A stretch of 45,051 nucleotides of DNA, counting the filler, from Jimgerdemannia flammicorona (taxonomy: Eukaryota): assembly GCA_003990765.1 (NCBI GenBank). It is 2 parts of 2 records of this genome, joined end to end, with 100 filler letters (N's around TTAATTAATTAA, not from the genome) between each part and the next. Parts side by side here need not be neighbours in the genome. Positions count along the whole stretch, not along the records: positions 22,577 to 45,051 come from RBNJ01001273.1; 1 more part is not named here. One strand, 5' to 3'. The notes beneath the pieces are model-generated. The model was not told where the DNA came from. It saw only the letters and a list, made by a program, of their open reading frames with translations, and did not search any database. Positions 22,577 through 35,319 of this stretch are shown piece by piece. Position numbers and translations under genes: made by a program. The stretch's first letter is position 1. Each line of letters starts with the position of its first letter.

Positions 22577-23830
22577 CCCCCTCACTCTTATATGATGAAA
22601 GACAACTTTGTCATTCACTATCTCCACCTGCCCATCACTCTGTTCACAGATCCCTTCCACCAGACAGCAATATTGCTCACCCTAGAGACCCCAACCAACC
22701 CACTACCCAGTTAGCAAATCTCCCATCAACCCCTCCCACCTTAATAACTTCTTCTATATATCTATCTATCACTCCTCTTTGAAAATAAAGAGCCAATGTC
22801 CAGCCAGTTCTACTTATACCACTAAAACCCACCCTACAGTAAGTCAACCATTGCCCATACTACTCACTAACTGAGATCTCAAATCCTCCCAGTGATCTCT
22901 CTCTCCATCTGACCTCCTCTCTACCCCTAGCCAGATCTCTACCACTATCCAAAAGTCCCCCAGAACCTCATACCCTCTCAGCTAATGTTCTGGCATCTGC
23001 ATAAATCCCCCAACTTGCTCTATATTATAATACTCCTCACAATCAAATCAGCCACCATCCATCAGATGTCCAGCATGAAAATTCAATATGATATTTCTCT
23101 GCAGTATCTACTACTATATTACTCAGAACTTGGGAGGAAGCCACCTCCGCACCTCAGCACTCTATGACCAGACTTCTGCCCAGTTCCACTCCTTACCTAT
23201 TCTCACTGCCTGCTAACTACTTGGCCAAAGGTCCTGGTTAAGACCTCACTGATACTCTACACCATCACCAATATCAAACTCAGCAAGTAGAATACTCCCC
23301 AGAAGCAGTTTGTCCTATTGCTACATAGCTGGGCCCTTATGCCCTGCCCCTGTCTAGCCCTACTATCAACTATCATATTTAGATTTTTTTCCAGATTAGC
23401 AGTCTCCCTTCTATCAACAGTTCTACTCTCTCTAGCTATAACTCCTCCAGCTCTGCCACTACTACTCCTAGGAGCCTCCTTACCAGACCTTATATCTCTC
23501 TCCTTCTTCTTATCACTCTGCAGCCAGATCTCTAAGTATATTGATGAGTACTTAGCCTTGACCTTATCTGCAAAGCTCACTCTTCCAGTCATCTGTCTCT
23601 CAGCACTACCTTCCCCTCTTTCATATCCTTTAGTCAGCAAGCCTAATAGACTTCCTCTCAAACCATGACTCCTCTCCACATGCTATCAATTGAATACACT
23701 GGGGTTACTCTGTCCAGTACACTCCTCCAATCTCTTATTGTTTATTATGTTATTATTACCTTTACTTCAAAAACTATATTGAAAGTATTGTCAGAAGTTT
23801 GTATAATGTGAATTGTAGCAGAGAGAGATA
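22577..23830 (-). mobile_element. LINE-B: 5' end and ORF1 part of a related L1/Tx1 element, running into the gap
   Basis: The reverse complement matches the LINE-A 5' UTR and ORF1 (…GRVSFADKVK…ETANLEKN…; track ORF 23257-23679). Confidence 0.88.
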
Positions 23831-23833
23831 ATT

Positions 23834-24820
23834 ACTAGTTCTCTTATCTCTTTACTTTGAACTGTTTTAATCTGAGGTTTATTTTCTCTAGATATTAGAG
23901 ATATTTATATAAGTTTGCTAGCTATATAGCAGCTAAGTTAGAACTTCTTTTCTTGTGAGTTATTTTATATAGTTGAGAAATCTATATATTTATATAATTT
24001 ATATATCTATATAATTGTAAGTTTTATATAATTATACTTTTTATACAATTATACAAATTATATAACTGTAAACTTGAGTAATTACTAACTATAATACTAT
24101 ACTATATTGAGAATCAGATTTAGATACTATGATCAAATATATATCTTCTGATTATATTTTCTAATTTAGATCAACTATTATAACTTTCTTCTAAATAAGT
24201 AATTTCATCTCTAAATTATCTTATGTAAACTCCTAAGTTTTCACTAGTTATATATTCTTATATATTATAATATATGTAGTAGATGTCTAACTATAGAAGT
24301 ATAGTAGATTTCTATATCTTGAAACTTGATCTTATTCTGACTCTCTCAGAGTCTTTGGGTATAGAAATGTAAGTTCAAAGTATATCTATTTATAGGCTTA
24401 CTAGTTCTCTTACTTTTTCTTTGCTTTGAACTATTTTAATCTGAGATTTATTTACTTTAAATACTGGGGATATTTATATAAGTTTGCTAGCTATAAGATA
24501 GCTAAGTTATGACTATATTTCCTATAAGTCATTTTTCACAAGTATGGATTCTTAATTTGTAAAATTTCAATAATTATCAAAATTCAACATTTGTTAAATC
24601 TCAATATTTGTGAAATAACTATTATTTATATAGCTATACTATATTTGAGAATTAGTTTAGATACTATGATCAAATATCTATTTCTCTGATTTATATTTCT
24701 AATTTAGAATAACTATCACAACTTTCTTCTAAATAGGTATTTTATCTCTGAAGTATTTTATTTACTTGAACTCTCAAGCTTCTATAAGTTATGTATATCT
24801 CTTTATACTATATAATTTAT
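23834..24820. repeat. Diverged direct duplication (~23834-24270 and ~24400-24820), probable 3' LTR region of element G2
   Basis: Both copies begin ACTAGTTCTCTTA…CTTTGAACT.TTTTAATCTGAG and share GATACTATGATCAAATAT…CTAATTTAGA. They lie 3' of G2 pol. Confidence 0.7.
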
Positions 24821-27800
24821 GTCATTATATTCTCTAAATAATATTTTTTAATATATCTAAAGTCTCTTATAACTACTTCTCAGAAATAAGCTAAGACTGG
24901 CTTATTATCTTTAAATAACTTATATACTCTTTTAATAATAGTGATATAGATATAAGAGAGCTAATACTCTAATTTAGTCTTCTTTTCTCATTTCTGATTA
25001 CAAATTTAGTAGCTATCCCAACTTGAAGTATTCTTAAAACTTGTTTCAGTTCTAATAGACCTTGAAGTGTAAGATTTATTATAAGTATATCTGTATTATA
25101 TTTTGAATACTATTGAAGAATTTCTCTATTGTGGGTGGCTCAGTAGTATACCATCATCTTTCTATAGCTTATTAGATAGTACTAGTAATTTTGAGAGCTA
25201 TAATAGTACTTTGTTGAAGAGCTATGATACTTCTTGAGTTAGTTTTGATGAATGGTAGTAGGGATAATTATACTTAAGAGTTTTTATAGTCAAAAGATAG
25301 TTCCTTTTATATCTTGTACAAAGTAAGATCCTTCTTACTTAGACTTCAATTTTTGTGACCATAAGACTTCTACTATGTTCTAATATACTAAAACTTTGTC
25401 TACTATCTTAATAATCTCTAGAGGTTTATAAATATTTTCTACATTATTCTACTATAGAGCTTATACTTTGATTATATAATTCTCAGCCTTCTTCCTGATT
25501 TGATATAATCTCTATATCTCTATATTTATATATTTCTATATAGTATCTCCATTTGATAATAGAATTTCTTAAGAACTTTCTTCTCTAAACAATATATTTC
25601 TCATAGAGTAAAATAGGTGCTTTGTAATTAAATATCATAATATATTGGTAGATAGTGGTCCTAATTTTTGTAGTTATTATAGATCTTAGTGATAATATTC
25701 TTAAGAGTCTTATTGATCCTTTTTGCTTATCTATTTTCTTGAGGATAATAAGCTATAGTCCAAATGTACTAAATCTTATATTTCTTATAGAAAACCTCAA
25801 AGAACTAGTTTATAAATCCTGTTCCTCTGTCTATTATTACTTATACTAGGGTCTTGAATTAGCAAATAATTTCTTTGTAAAAAAAATCAGCAATTGACTA
25901 AGTATTAGCTTCCTTGAGTAATTCTGCTTCTATCTATTTTATAAAAAGGTCTATAATAATAATGATATATTAGCTGCTATTCAAAGTCAAGAGTAGAGAG
26001 CTAATTACATCTATTGCAATATGAGCAAATAGTATTAGTTCTATATATACTGATTCTTGGATCTGATTTTGCTAATCTTGTTTCTATTTCTGATATTTAT
26101 CATAGGTCTTAACAAATTGTCTAATATCTTTCTTTATTTCTGGTCACTATATTGTTCTTCTTACTTTATTATAGATATTTCTTTCTTTTAGATAGCTAAG
26201 TTTATATACTGTCTTCATTATTTGTTTCTTTTTATACTTATACTCAGATATAACTAGTAGTTTTTCTTTCTTTAGAGTTTCTTTATTAGTTTTGAATTGT
26301 TTTTATATTCTACTAATAATCATTTGTATCCATTCTTTCAGATATTGGAGCATCTTTTACTATCTTAGATAGGTGATAATTCTATAGTAGAGCTCCTTAT
26401 TCATAGTTGGTTTACTGGTTGGAAGTTTTTCAGAATATGTATCTATAAGAGAGTATCTATATTGATATTAGTTTTTTCTAAATAGTATATAATAGTTATA
26501 TCATATATCTGTAACTTCATAATCTATCTGATATAGATTCCTTTGGGTTGTCCAGTAGTTAGTAGTTAAGTAAGGGCTGAGTAGTTTGTCTAAATGATAA
26601 AGTATCTTTCAGTAAGATAATAATATAACTTTTCTATAACTCAGATAACTGCAAGATATTCCAACTTATAGAATTTATATTCTTTTTCAGCTTCTTGGAT
26701 TCCTTGACTAATATATATAATAATATATTCTACTTTATCTTTTCTCTAAGCTAGAACTACTCCTAATCTGACTATACTTATATCTATCTATAAGATGAAT
26801 TTTTGAGTTCAATCAGGTCTCCTCAGGATGGATACCTGAGTCAGCCTGATCTTGAGTTTGTTGAATACTTTCTATTATCTATCAGTCTACTGAAACTTGA
26901 TATTCTTCTTATTGAGTTCATAGATTGGACCTATAATATTGGAAAATTCTCTAATAAATTTGTAATAGTATGAGCCTAGTCTCATAAAGACTTTGCCTTC
27001 AGTAATAATAGTGGGTCTTGGATATGCTACTACTGCTTATATCTTGAGAGAATCTGTGTATATTCTATCTCAGTTGATGATGTAGCTAAGATAAGAGATC
27101 TTAATTTCTATAAATTTGCACTTCTTAGACTTGATATATAGGCTATACTTCCTTAGCTTCTCTATTATCTACTAAATATACTATATATACTCTTCTGGTA
27201 TCTTACTGTAGATGATCACATTATCTATATAAACTACTATCTATCTTCTTATATCATAGCAGAAGATTTTACTAGACTTGCTAGAGTATTATATATTCTG
27301 AATAATATTTATAGATAGATATACATAGGTTTTATCTGGGATAATAAAGGCTGATTTCTTACTTGCTATTTCTATGAGATCAATTTTGTAGAATTCTGAG
27401 TATAGATCTAAGATACTGTAATACTGTACTTCTCTTTTAAGATTATAAGAATATCACTAATAAGAGATAGTAATTAGTAATTCTTTTTGGTAACTAGATT
27501 GAGTTTTCTATAGTCAGTATAGAGTCTTGGAGTAAATTCTCCTGACTTACTTCCTTTCTTTAGAGCTAGCACTACTGGTGAAGTTCAGGGATTGCTGACT
27601 TTTTTAATAATACTAGTTTCTTCTATCTATTTAATTTCTTCTCTGAGCCATTCTCAATAGACAGATGGAATTGTTCTTACTTTTTGATAAATTGGATCAG
27701 TATCTTCTATATATATATCATAGTAGTAGTGTAGGGTCTTTCTTTTAATATTCTTGAAATCTGTAACTAGAATATCCTCAAATTTATAAAATATCTTCTT

Positions 27801-29580
27801 GAGTTCCTTCTTGAGTAAGAATTATTTCTGATGATATAATTATACTTATTCATAGTTTTCTCCTTCTTGTAGTCTAGCTTAGTAATCTTAGTACTGATGA
27901 AAACTCCTCTTTCTATAGATCAGAATTCTTTCTTTTCTCTGTTCATTTTCTTCAACTTTTTGACTTCTATAATTTTTGGCTGTAGAACTGGGAAGATCAA
28001 CATCTATACTAATTAGTTTTTCTTTTTGATTAGAAATAGAATTGTAGGATTGTAGTTCTTAGCAATAAGTAATATTTCTCTAATATAATCTAAATCAATA
28101 ACTTCTTCTTTAATGGTGATTTTACTTCCAGCCAGACTATTTCTTGTCTTGAGAATTCTAATATAGTCCTTCAGAATAGTCATTTCTAGACCAGTTGTAA
28201 GTAAGATAGTTGTCTGGAGCTTGAGTATAGTTTCCTCTACTGTGGTGATATCTATTCATACTGTATTTTCAGACTTATATTCTGATAGTACTATATCAAA
28301 ATAGATTTTCTGAATCTTGATCTTAATCTCTTCTCCATTATCACTATCTTCTAAGAGAGCTAATGGTTTATTATCCTCTTTTTCATTCTTTTCTTCTTTC
28401 TCCTCTCTAACTTATTTCTCTAGAGCCTTCTGTCTTCTTTAATAATATATTTCCTTAATTCTATTAGTATACTAGTAGTAATTATTTATATACTCTATAT
28501 AGTGATCTTATAGAGACAGACAACTTCTTATGATATATATTCTTCTATAATCTTCTTGCACCAGTTCTCTTTACTGATCCATCTGACTTTCTCTTCTTGC
28601 TTACTATCTCTTTTCTCTATCTCAGGAAGTACTTCTTTATTAATATTAATTAAGATCTGTATCTTCTATCCTCAATATATAATCTACATTTTCTGAGCAT
28701 TTATATAAATTATAACCTTAGTCTTATAGAGCCACTGGTTACCAATGAGAATATCATAGTTGATACTATTGATTATAATTATATTTATTGAGATAGTTAC
28801 TTCTCCAAACTTGATAAAGACATCTTGAATTTTTCCAAAAGTGTAGCTCTTGTGCTATCTGTTGTAATAAATATTAACTTAATTACTTCTTCAACTTTCC
28901 AACCTAAGCAGTCTACTGCTTTTTTACTAAAAAGACATCCTTCTGCTCTTATATTAATGATGACTTCAAAAACTCTATCTTTGATTTAACATATTATAAA
29001 GGCAGATATTTTATAATTATCTTCACTCTCTTCTCTAGAATCTTCTTAAATATTGTTATCCTCAATTATCTTTCAATCTTGGTCTTTGGCTATTTTAGCA
29101 AGTCTAAATCTTATTTGTTATCTAAATGTAGGAATTTCTGCTAGTTGTTCAAAGGTTATATTAATATTTTATTAGCTGAAGTTTTTGAAGATATCATACT
29201 TAAAGATCTTGCTTTTGCAAAGCTTCTTTTCCTTTTTTTCTTTGCTAGCTGAGACTAGAGTAGTTTCTCAGATAATATCTTAAACTATCTACTCAAGCTC
29301 TATATTTTGATCTATTTCTCCAACTTGACTTTCCATAGTAATCTCTATTTATCTTATTACTGAGTTCTTCTTGGGTCTTTCTGGTGGTCTTTTATAGAGC
29401 TCTTTATAAATATTCTTCTTAGTAGTTTGGATAGAATAGATCTTCTACTTCTTTTCATCTGATTTTCTAATCTTTTCAAAAGTAATAATATTGACTTGTT
29501 CCTTATTTTAGATAGTATTGCTTAGCTGGGCCTTATGCTTGGTCTCACTTATATATTTATATAAGTAGTAGTAGTGACCT
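24820..29580 (-). mobile_element. Second, divergent dUTPase-bearing Ty3/Gypsy (G2), 5'-truncated at the gag Zn knuckle
   Basis: Zn-knuckle tail GHY…SETKHKAQLS (G1: TETRCKAQLS); protease IINIRAEGCLFSKKAVDCLGW; dUTPase ~27910-28290 (LKTRNSLA, EEVIDLDYIREI); RT VYIDNVIIYS; RNase H; integrase YPQENRQAKRIN. Confidence 0.88.
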
Positions 29581-32500
29581 TTTCTCTAGTAACATTCAGA
29601 TTACACAAACTTCTGACAATACTCACAATATCATTTTTGGAGAATAGATATTAAAAATATAGTGACCAATAAGTATTCCAAGATATATGCTGGGCAGAGT
29701 GGCCCTAGTATATTCAACTGGTAGCATATAGGGAGGAGTTATGGCTTAGGGAGAAGTATGCAGAACTTGCTAGCTAGAGGATGTAAAAGAGAAGGAGGCA
29801 GTACTGAGAGGCAGGAGACTGAGAGAATGGCTTTGCTAATAAGATCAAGAGGGGACATCTATTAATTGAATTGGAAGATTGGCTGAGAAAGAGCAAGGAG
29901 ACAGTGAGGGCTGTGGGGTCTGATAGAGTAGCCTATAGCAGTGAGAGCAGTGAGGCTGAGAGAGTAGTGGCTGAGGAGAGTGGGACTGCTGATGGCAAGG
30001 AGACTACCAATCTGGAAAAAAATACAGATGTGATAGTTAATAGTAGATCTGGACAGAGAGTGGGCACAAGGCCTGGAGATCTGGTAGATAGTATAATAGG
30101 TCTAATGGTAGTACTATTACTTAAGAAATCAAGGTTAGAATTTACTATCACATTGTGTTTCCAAGACTTAGTAGTTATAGTAAGGATGATTCTGGGGCTT
30201 TTGGTCTAAAAGGTGAAAGGAGCAGTCTTGGTGAAATTTTTGAAAGATTTGGAAGAAGTAGAGGTGGACTTTGAGATAGAGGATATACTGCTAAGAGCAA
30301 TAGAGAAGAGAGTGGTAGTAGGGGAGTGGTGATCCCCATGGCTAGGTGCTTGTACTGGAACCCCCAAGTAGTATAGTTGACAGTAGTGGATGTGCCTATA
30401 GTGTCAAAGGAGATGGCCAGGGGGTTGATTATAGAGGCTGTCAAGGAGTATATGGATATCATAGATATTAGATTTCAGGTCTAGGAGGGTATAGAGTTCA
30501 GGATAGAGAACATAGATATCAGAGTGTGACTAGTAGATAAAGAGAATATGGGGAAAGCAAGGGACTGACCAGCAGTTCTCAAATGGGGACCTGTAGATTA
30601 TAAGGTTTTAAGAGTGAAAGAGATATCAGAGGAAGAAGAGAACTTGCTAGAGATATTGAAGGATCTGACTGGGGCTGTTGAGAGGAGGAGATTGGTCTAA
30701 AAAGAGTTTGAGACCAAGACAGTAGTAGAGATTGTGAATGTTAAGAAGGTGTGATTGAATTGAGTGGTCTAAGAGAGAGTATAGGGAGGTATATTTAGAA
30801 GAATCTGTTGGCAAAGTTGAGAGAGGGGGTAGAGGAGGGGACTGTTGCTGTAGATGTTGAGTTGAGGACAAGTGCCTAGGTAAGAGAGAAGGGAGTGACA
30901 TCAGTAGAGACCCTAGGGGAGAACAGAGGCTCAACACAGAGTGCAGTAGTGGAAGATGAGATGATGGACAAGGAGGAGTACCTACAGTATGGGGTATTAG
31001 TAGGGGCTGAAGGGGATGACAAACTACAGGATATGCTAGAGGAGGATTGGGATAAGTCAGCAAGAATAAATAGAGAGAGAGGACAGGTGGAAGGGGAGAA
31101 AGGGGTGGCTCAGGGAGTAGAGAAGGCAGTTGATAAGAAGAAGTAGCTGTGGAAAATACTGGTAAATGTGACAGCTGAGGAGCTGAGGGGAGAGGACTTT
31201 CAGATACTTAGTGAGAGGTACTGAAGAGAAATTCTACAAGATGAGGAGGTGCTATGGAAACTCTGAGATAAGATAATGATAGCTTTGCTGAAAGCTGAGA
31301 CATATTAAGTAGATGATGAAAGAGAGACAGTACTTCAGACAATTGCAAATGACTAGACTACTTATTTATGGAGTTCAAAAAAGGGACTGACAAAGTGGCA
31401 GATAGTATATAAGAAGTATCAGACAGATATGGAAGCTATAGATGGTGTGAGTTATTAGGAGATCTTGGAGATATTAGAGATTCAGCAGAGAGAGGCAGAT
31501 AAGCTTGAGATAGAAAGAAATCTAGATATTGCTAGTGATACAGTGAGTATGAAATTGTAGAGTAGGCAGCTGTTCTTTGAAAAACATTATTCAATATGAA
31601 CAGTACAACTAGAATCTTCTCTTTAAATATCAATGGACTATAAGAAGTGATGAGGTATAGAAATATCTTCTGCTAGCTAGAGAGACTAGATGTAGATTTG
31701 TTTCTACTATAGGATATTGGATGTGATAGAGACTTAGATATTCTGGACTGGATGAAAAAATGGGGTAGAGTAGATATTTAGTATAGATGTATGGATATTC
31801 TGGTTTGCAAGAGTAAGGGGGATATTGGGGATATTGGACATTGGGGGAGCAGAGTAGTGTGGGGAGTTTGGAAGAGGCCAGGCTGGAGGCTCTTGACTAT
31901 TGGATCATATTATTATCCAGCAGAAAGAGGGGAGAGAGTGGAATAGATTCAGAGACTATGAGAGTCTGGAGCATTGATAGAGGTGGAGATTGACTGTCTA
32001 GGTAAGGACTTTAATATGATATATAATGGGAAGTTAGACAGAACTGATGGGGGAAGGGGGATGACTGGTAAGAGTAGTAGTATAGAAGCCTAAGAGGAAG
32101 TTGAATGTCTGAGTTCATTAGTGAATGCTGGGAGACTTGGATGGGGGGATCATAGGGTCTATACTCACTAAGTGGTAGGGTTGAGCCCAAGGATTGACTG
32201 GATATTAACTGCTGAATACTAGAGAGTTAATATCTAGAGAACTTTGGAAACTATTTAGTGCCCATGGTCAGATCACTGGGGCCTTCTAGAAAGGAGGTGT
32301 TTTGGAGGAAGTAGGGAGGGGCCTGAATATTAGCATCTAAATACCTTATTGCTAGGAGAGACCTTCTTATAGAATACATGAGTAATAGACATTTGCTCCA
32401 GAATACTTAGCCAGAGAGTAGAGGGGCTAGTGATTGGGGATTACTGAAGGAGATTGAAATCAGATGTACAACAGTACTGAGGAGAGGCAGAAAGGATGCA

Positions 32501-33158
32501 TGGTACTCAGAAAAGAAAGTGAGTGAGATAGGTCTCTCAGAGATTGGTGAGGTTATTGATATCTTGGGCAGATCTATTGAATAATAGTAAGAAGGGGGAT
32601 TGGAGGATACAGTAGGTCAGGCTAGAGGTGGAGAAGTTGAAGGATATGCTGAGGTGAGAGAAAGATCTGCAGGTGAAGAGCATGGCAGCTCAGCTGAGGT
32701 AACAGGAATTGGAAGAGGAGAAGGAGTCTACAAAGTTTTTATTATAACTTCTATAGATAAGGAGAGTCTGGCAGAGATGAGAGGGGGTATTGGATGAGGT
32801 AGGGGAGTTAGTTGTTAGGATACTGGAGATTTTGGACCAGTTGAGCAAATGGTGGAAGTAATTGTAGAGTGAGGAGAAAAGAGGGGTGGGGGCACTAGAC
32901 ATTGAAAGGCATCTGGAGGACTGGTATCCTGATCCAGCAGAGGGTTTAGGTGATCTTGGTGCTTCTGTTTGAGAGTAAGAGATTTAGCAGATATTGATAA
33001 TGATGAGCTCAGAGACAGCACTAGGAGAAGATGGCCTACTATGGGATTTTTAGAAAAAGATGACAGAAGTTGAGTTAATTCTAGAAGAGATACCAGCAAT
33101 ATATGAGGAGGTCATTAGTTCAGAAGAGTAGATTGGAGGGCAGCACTTGGGTCTTGTA
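29578..33158 (+). mobile_element. LINE-C: 5'-intact, 3'-truncated L1/Tx1 element (ORF1, endonuclease, start of linker)
   Basis: Colinear with LINE-A 8707-~12390. ORF2 starts MNSTTRIFSLNINGL at 31596; also RIDWIL and WSDHWGL. Confidence 0.9.
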
Positions 33159-33692
33159 TAGTTCTATTACACCATCTGCCAGATCACTAGACCTCATGCC
33201 TTTCTCACTGCTTGGTCCACCATCAGCAGTCCCATCTAGATTTTTTTTCTGATTGCCAGTTATACTCTCATCAGCAGTCACCCCCTCAGCCCCTATACCA
33301 CCAGCCCTGCCACCCTGGTCCTCCAGAGATACTCTCCCAGGAGGCTGCTGTCCTGCAGTCTTTGCCATCACCTTACCTCCCCTCAGCCAACTCTCCAGTC
33401 TAGCTCTCTGCTGCCCCCCCTTTACCTTCTCCATGAAGCTTGTCCTCTCTATCTTCTGGCCTCCAGCACTGCCTCCTCCCCTGCCATGTCCTCTCACCAG
33501 CAGGCCCCTCATGCTTCCCCCCAAGCCAGAGCCCCTCCCCACATACTGTCAGTCAAAAGCATCTAGGCTACCCTGCTTAGTATGCCTCTCAGGATACTTA
33601 TTAGTTACTATGATACTAGTAGTTTTTCTTCAGAAACTATATTGAAAGTATTGTCAAAAGGTTGTGTAATCTGAATATTACTAGAGAAAGGT
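33159..33692 (-). mobile_element. LINE-D: inverted 5' fragment of the same LINE family
   Basis: Track ORF 33120-33542 (GRGSGLGGSMRGLLVRGH…) matches LINE-A ORF1. The 5' end CCTTTCTCTAGTAATATTCAGATTACAC matches the LINE-C start. Confidence 0.88.
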
Positions 33693-34188
33693 ATTGTATA
33701 AATATTCTTATTCTTTACTTAAATAAAGCTCACAATATTTTCTCTCAGAATTTTTTTAAGAATACTTAAATCTATAAGTATCTCTTTAAACTACTTTAGA
33801 TTTATCAGAATTATCTATCTTAGCCACTTCCTCTTAAAGAAACTAGAACTATTATAGATTACCATCAAATCTGAATCAAGCTAGAAGATTTCTAAGACTA
33901 TGTTCAAGACTCTCTTTAGACTTTATAAATTTCTAGTCTTAGCATTTGATCTTACTAATATATCTGCTATATTCTAGACCCTCATGAACAAGATATTTAA
34001 GGACCAACTATTTATCTTCTTATTGGTATATCTTGATAATATCTTAATCTTTAGTATAACTAAAGAAGAATACTTTAAGTATATCTGAATAGTCTCAGAG
34101 ATCCTGTAAAAATATAAGCTATATATAAAGCTCAAGAAATGTGAATTCTTTAAAAAAATAAGTTAAATATCTTGACCATATTATCTCT

Positions 34189-35319
34189 TTTTTTTTTTTT
34201 TTTTTAACTATCTATAACATATCATATGTCCTCATAAAACATCAGTAGCCCCATTCCACCCTAATCTCAACCTACCTTCATACTTACCCAGCCTTATACC
34301 TTTAGGGTGTGAGTTGTGACCTCACTGCCTGAGTAACTAGATCCTCCTACCTGGTCTGTCCCACCCAGTGAGTATAGGTTGTGAGCCCCAACTATCTCAA
34401 GTATTTGGCATCTAGTACATCTGACCTACTTCTATTAGTATCTTCTGTCTTACCCATCTAGTCTGTCTTGTCCATCTTGCCCATCTTGTCTGCCTGTATT
34501 ATCCATATTACCATCTTGCCATCTTGCCCATCTTGCCCATCTTGCCCACTCATGTTGCCTGCATTGCCCATATTGCCCATATTGCCTATATTGCCTATAT
34601 TATCCATTTTGCCTATTTTGCCCATCTTGTCTATTTACTCATATCACTCATCTTGCCATCTTACCCATCTTGCCTATCTTGTCTGTCTTGCCCACCTATA
34701 TTGCCTATATTATCCATGTTGCCTATATTGCCTATGTTGCCCATATTGCCTGTATTGCCCATATTACTCATATTGCCTATATTGCCTATCTATATTGCCT
34801 ATGTTACCTGTTTTACCTGTTTTGCCTGTTTTGCCCATCTTGCCCATATCACCTGTCTTGCTATCTACCTATCTTATCTATGTTGCCCATCTTGCTATCT
34901 ACCTATCTTGTCCATGTCATCCATCTTACTGTCTTACTGTCTTGCCTATCTTATCTATCTTGCCCATCTTACCTGTCTTACCTATCTTGCTCATATCACC
35001 TGTCTTATTGTCTTGCCATCTTATCTGTCTTGCTCATCTTGCCCATCTTGCCCATCTTGCCCATCTTGCCCACCCATATTGCCCATGTTGCTCATATTGC
35101 CCATATTGTCTGTTTTACCCATTTTGCCCATATTGTCTGTCTTACTGTCTGCCTATCTTGCCCATATCACCCATCTTGCCATCTTGCCATCTTGCCTGTC
35201 TTGCCCATCTTGCTCATCTTGTCTATCTTGCCTACCCATGTTGTCCATATTGCCCATGTTGACTCAGAAGGTTGTCTACCAAACCATTGTAACCAGTAAG
35301 GTAGCAGAGAAAGGATCAG
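34189..35319 (-). mobile_element. Non-autonomous poly(A) retroposon with a 9-bp minisatellite core, inserted in the chromovirus RT
   Basis: 17-bp TSD TTGAC(C/T)ATATTATCTCT (34172-34188 / 35320-35336), T run 34189-34205, and a head resembling the local LINE 5' ends. Confidence 0.85.
34440..35260. repeat. Degenerate 9-bp tandem array (TTGCCCATC/TTGCCCATA)n, ~820 bp
   Basis: Directly visible, and the source of the LPI/CPY/AHL low-complexity ORFs in three frames. Confidence 0.95.
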
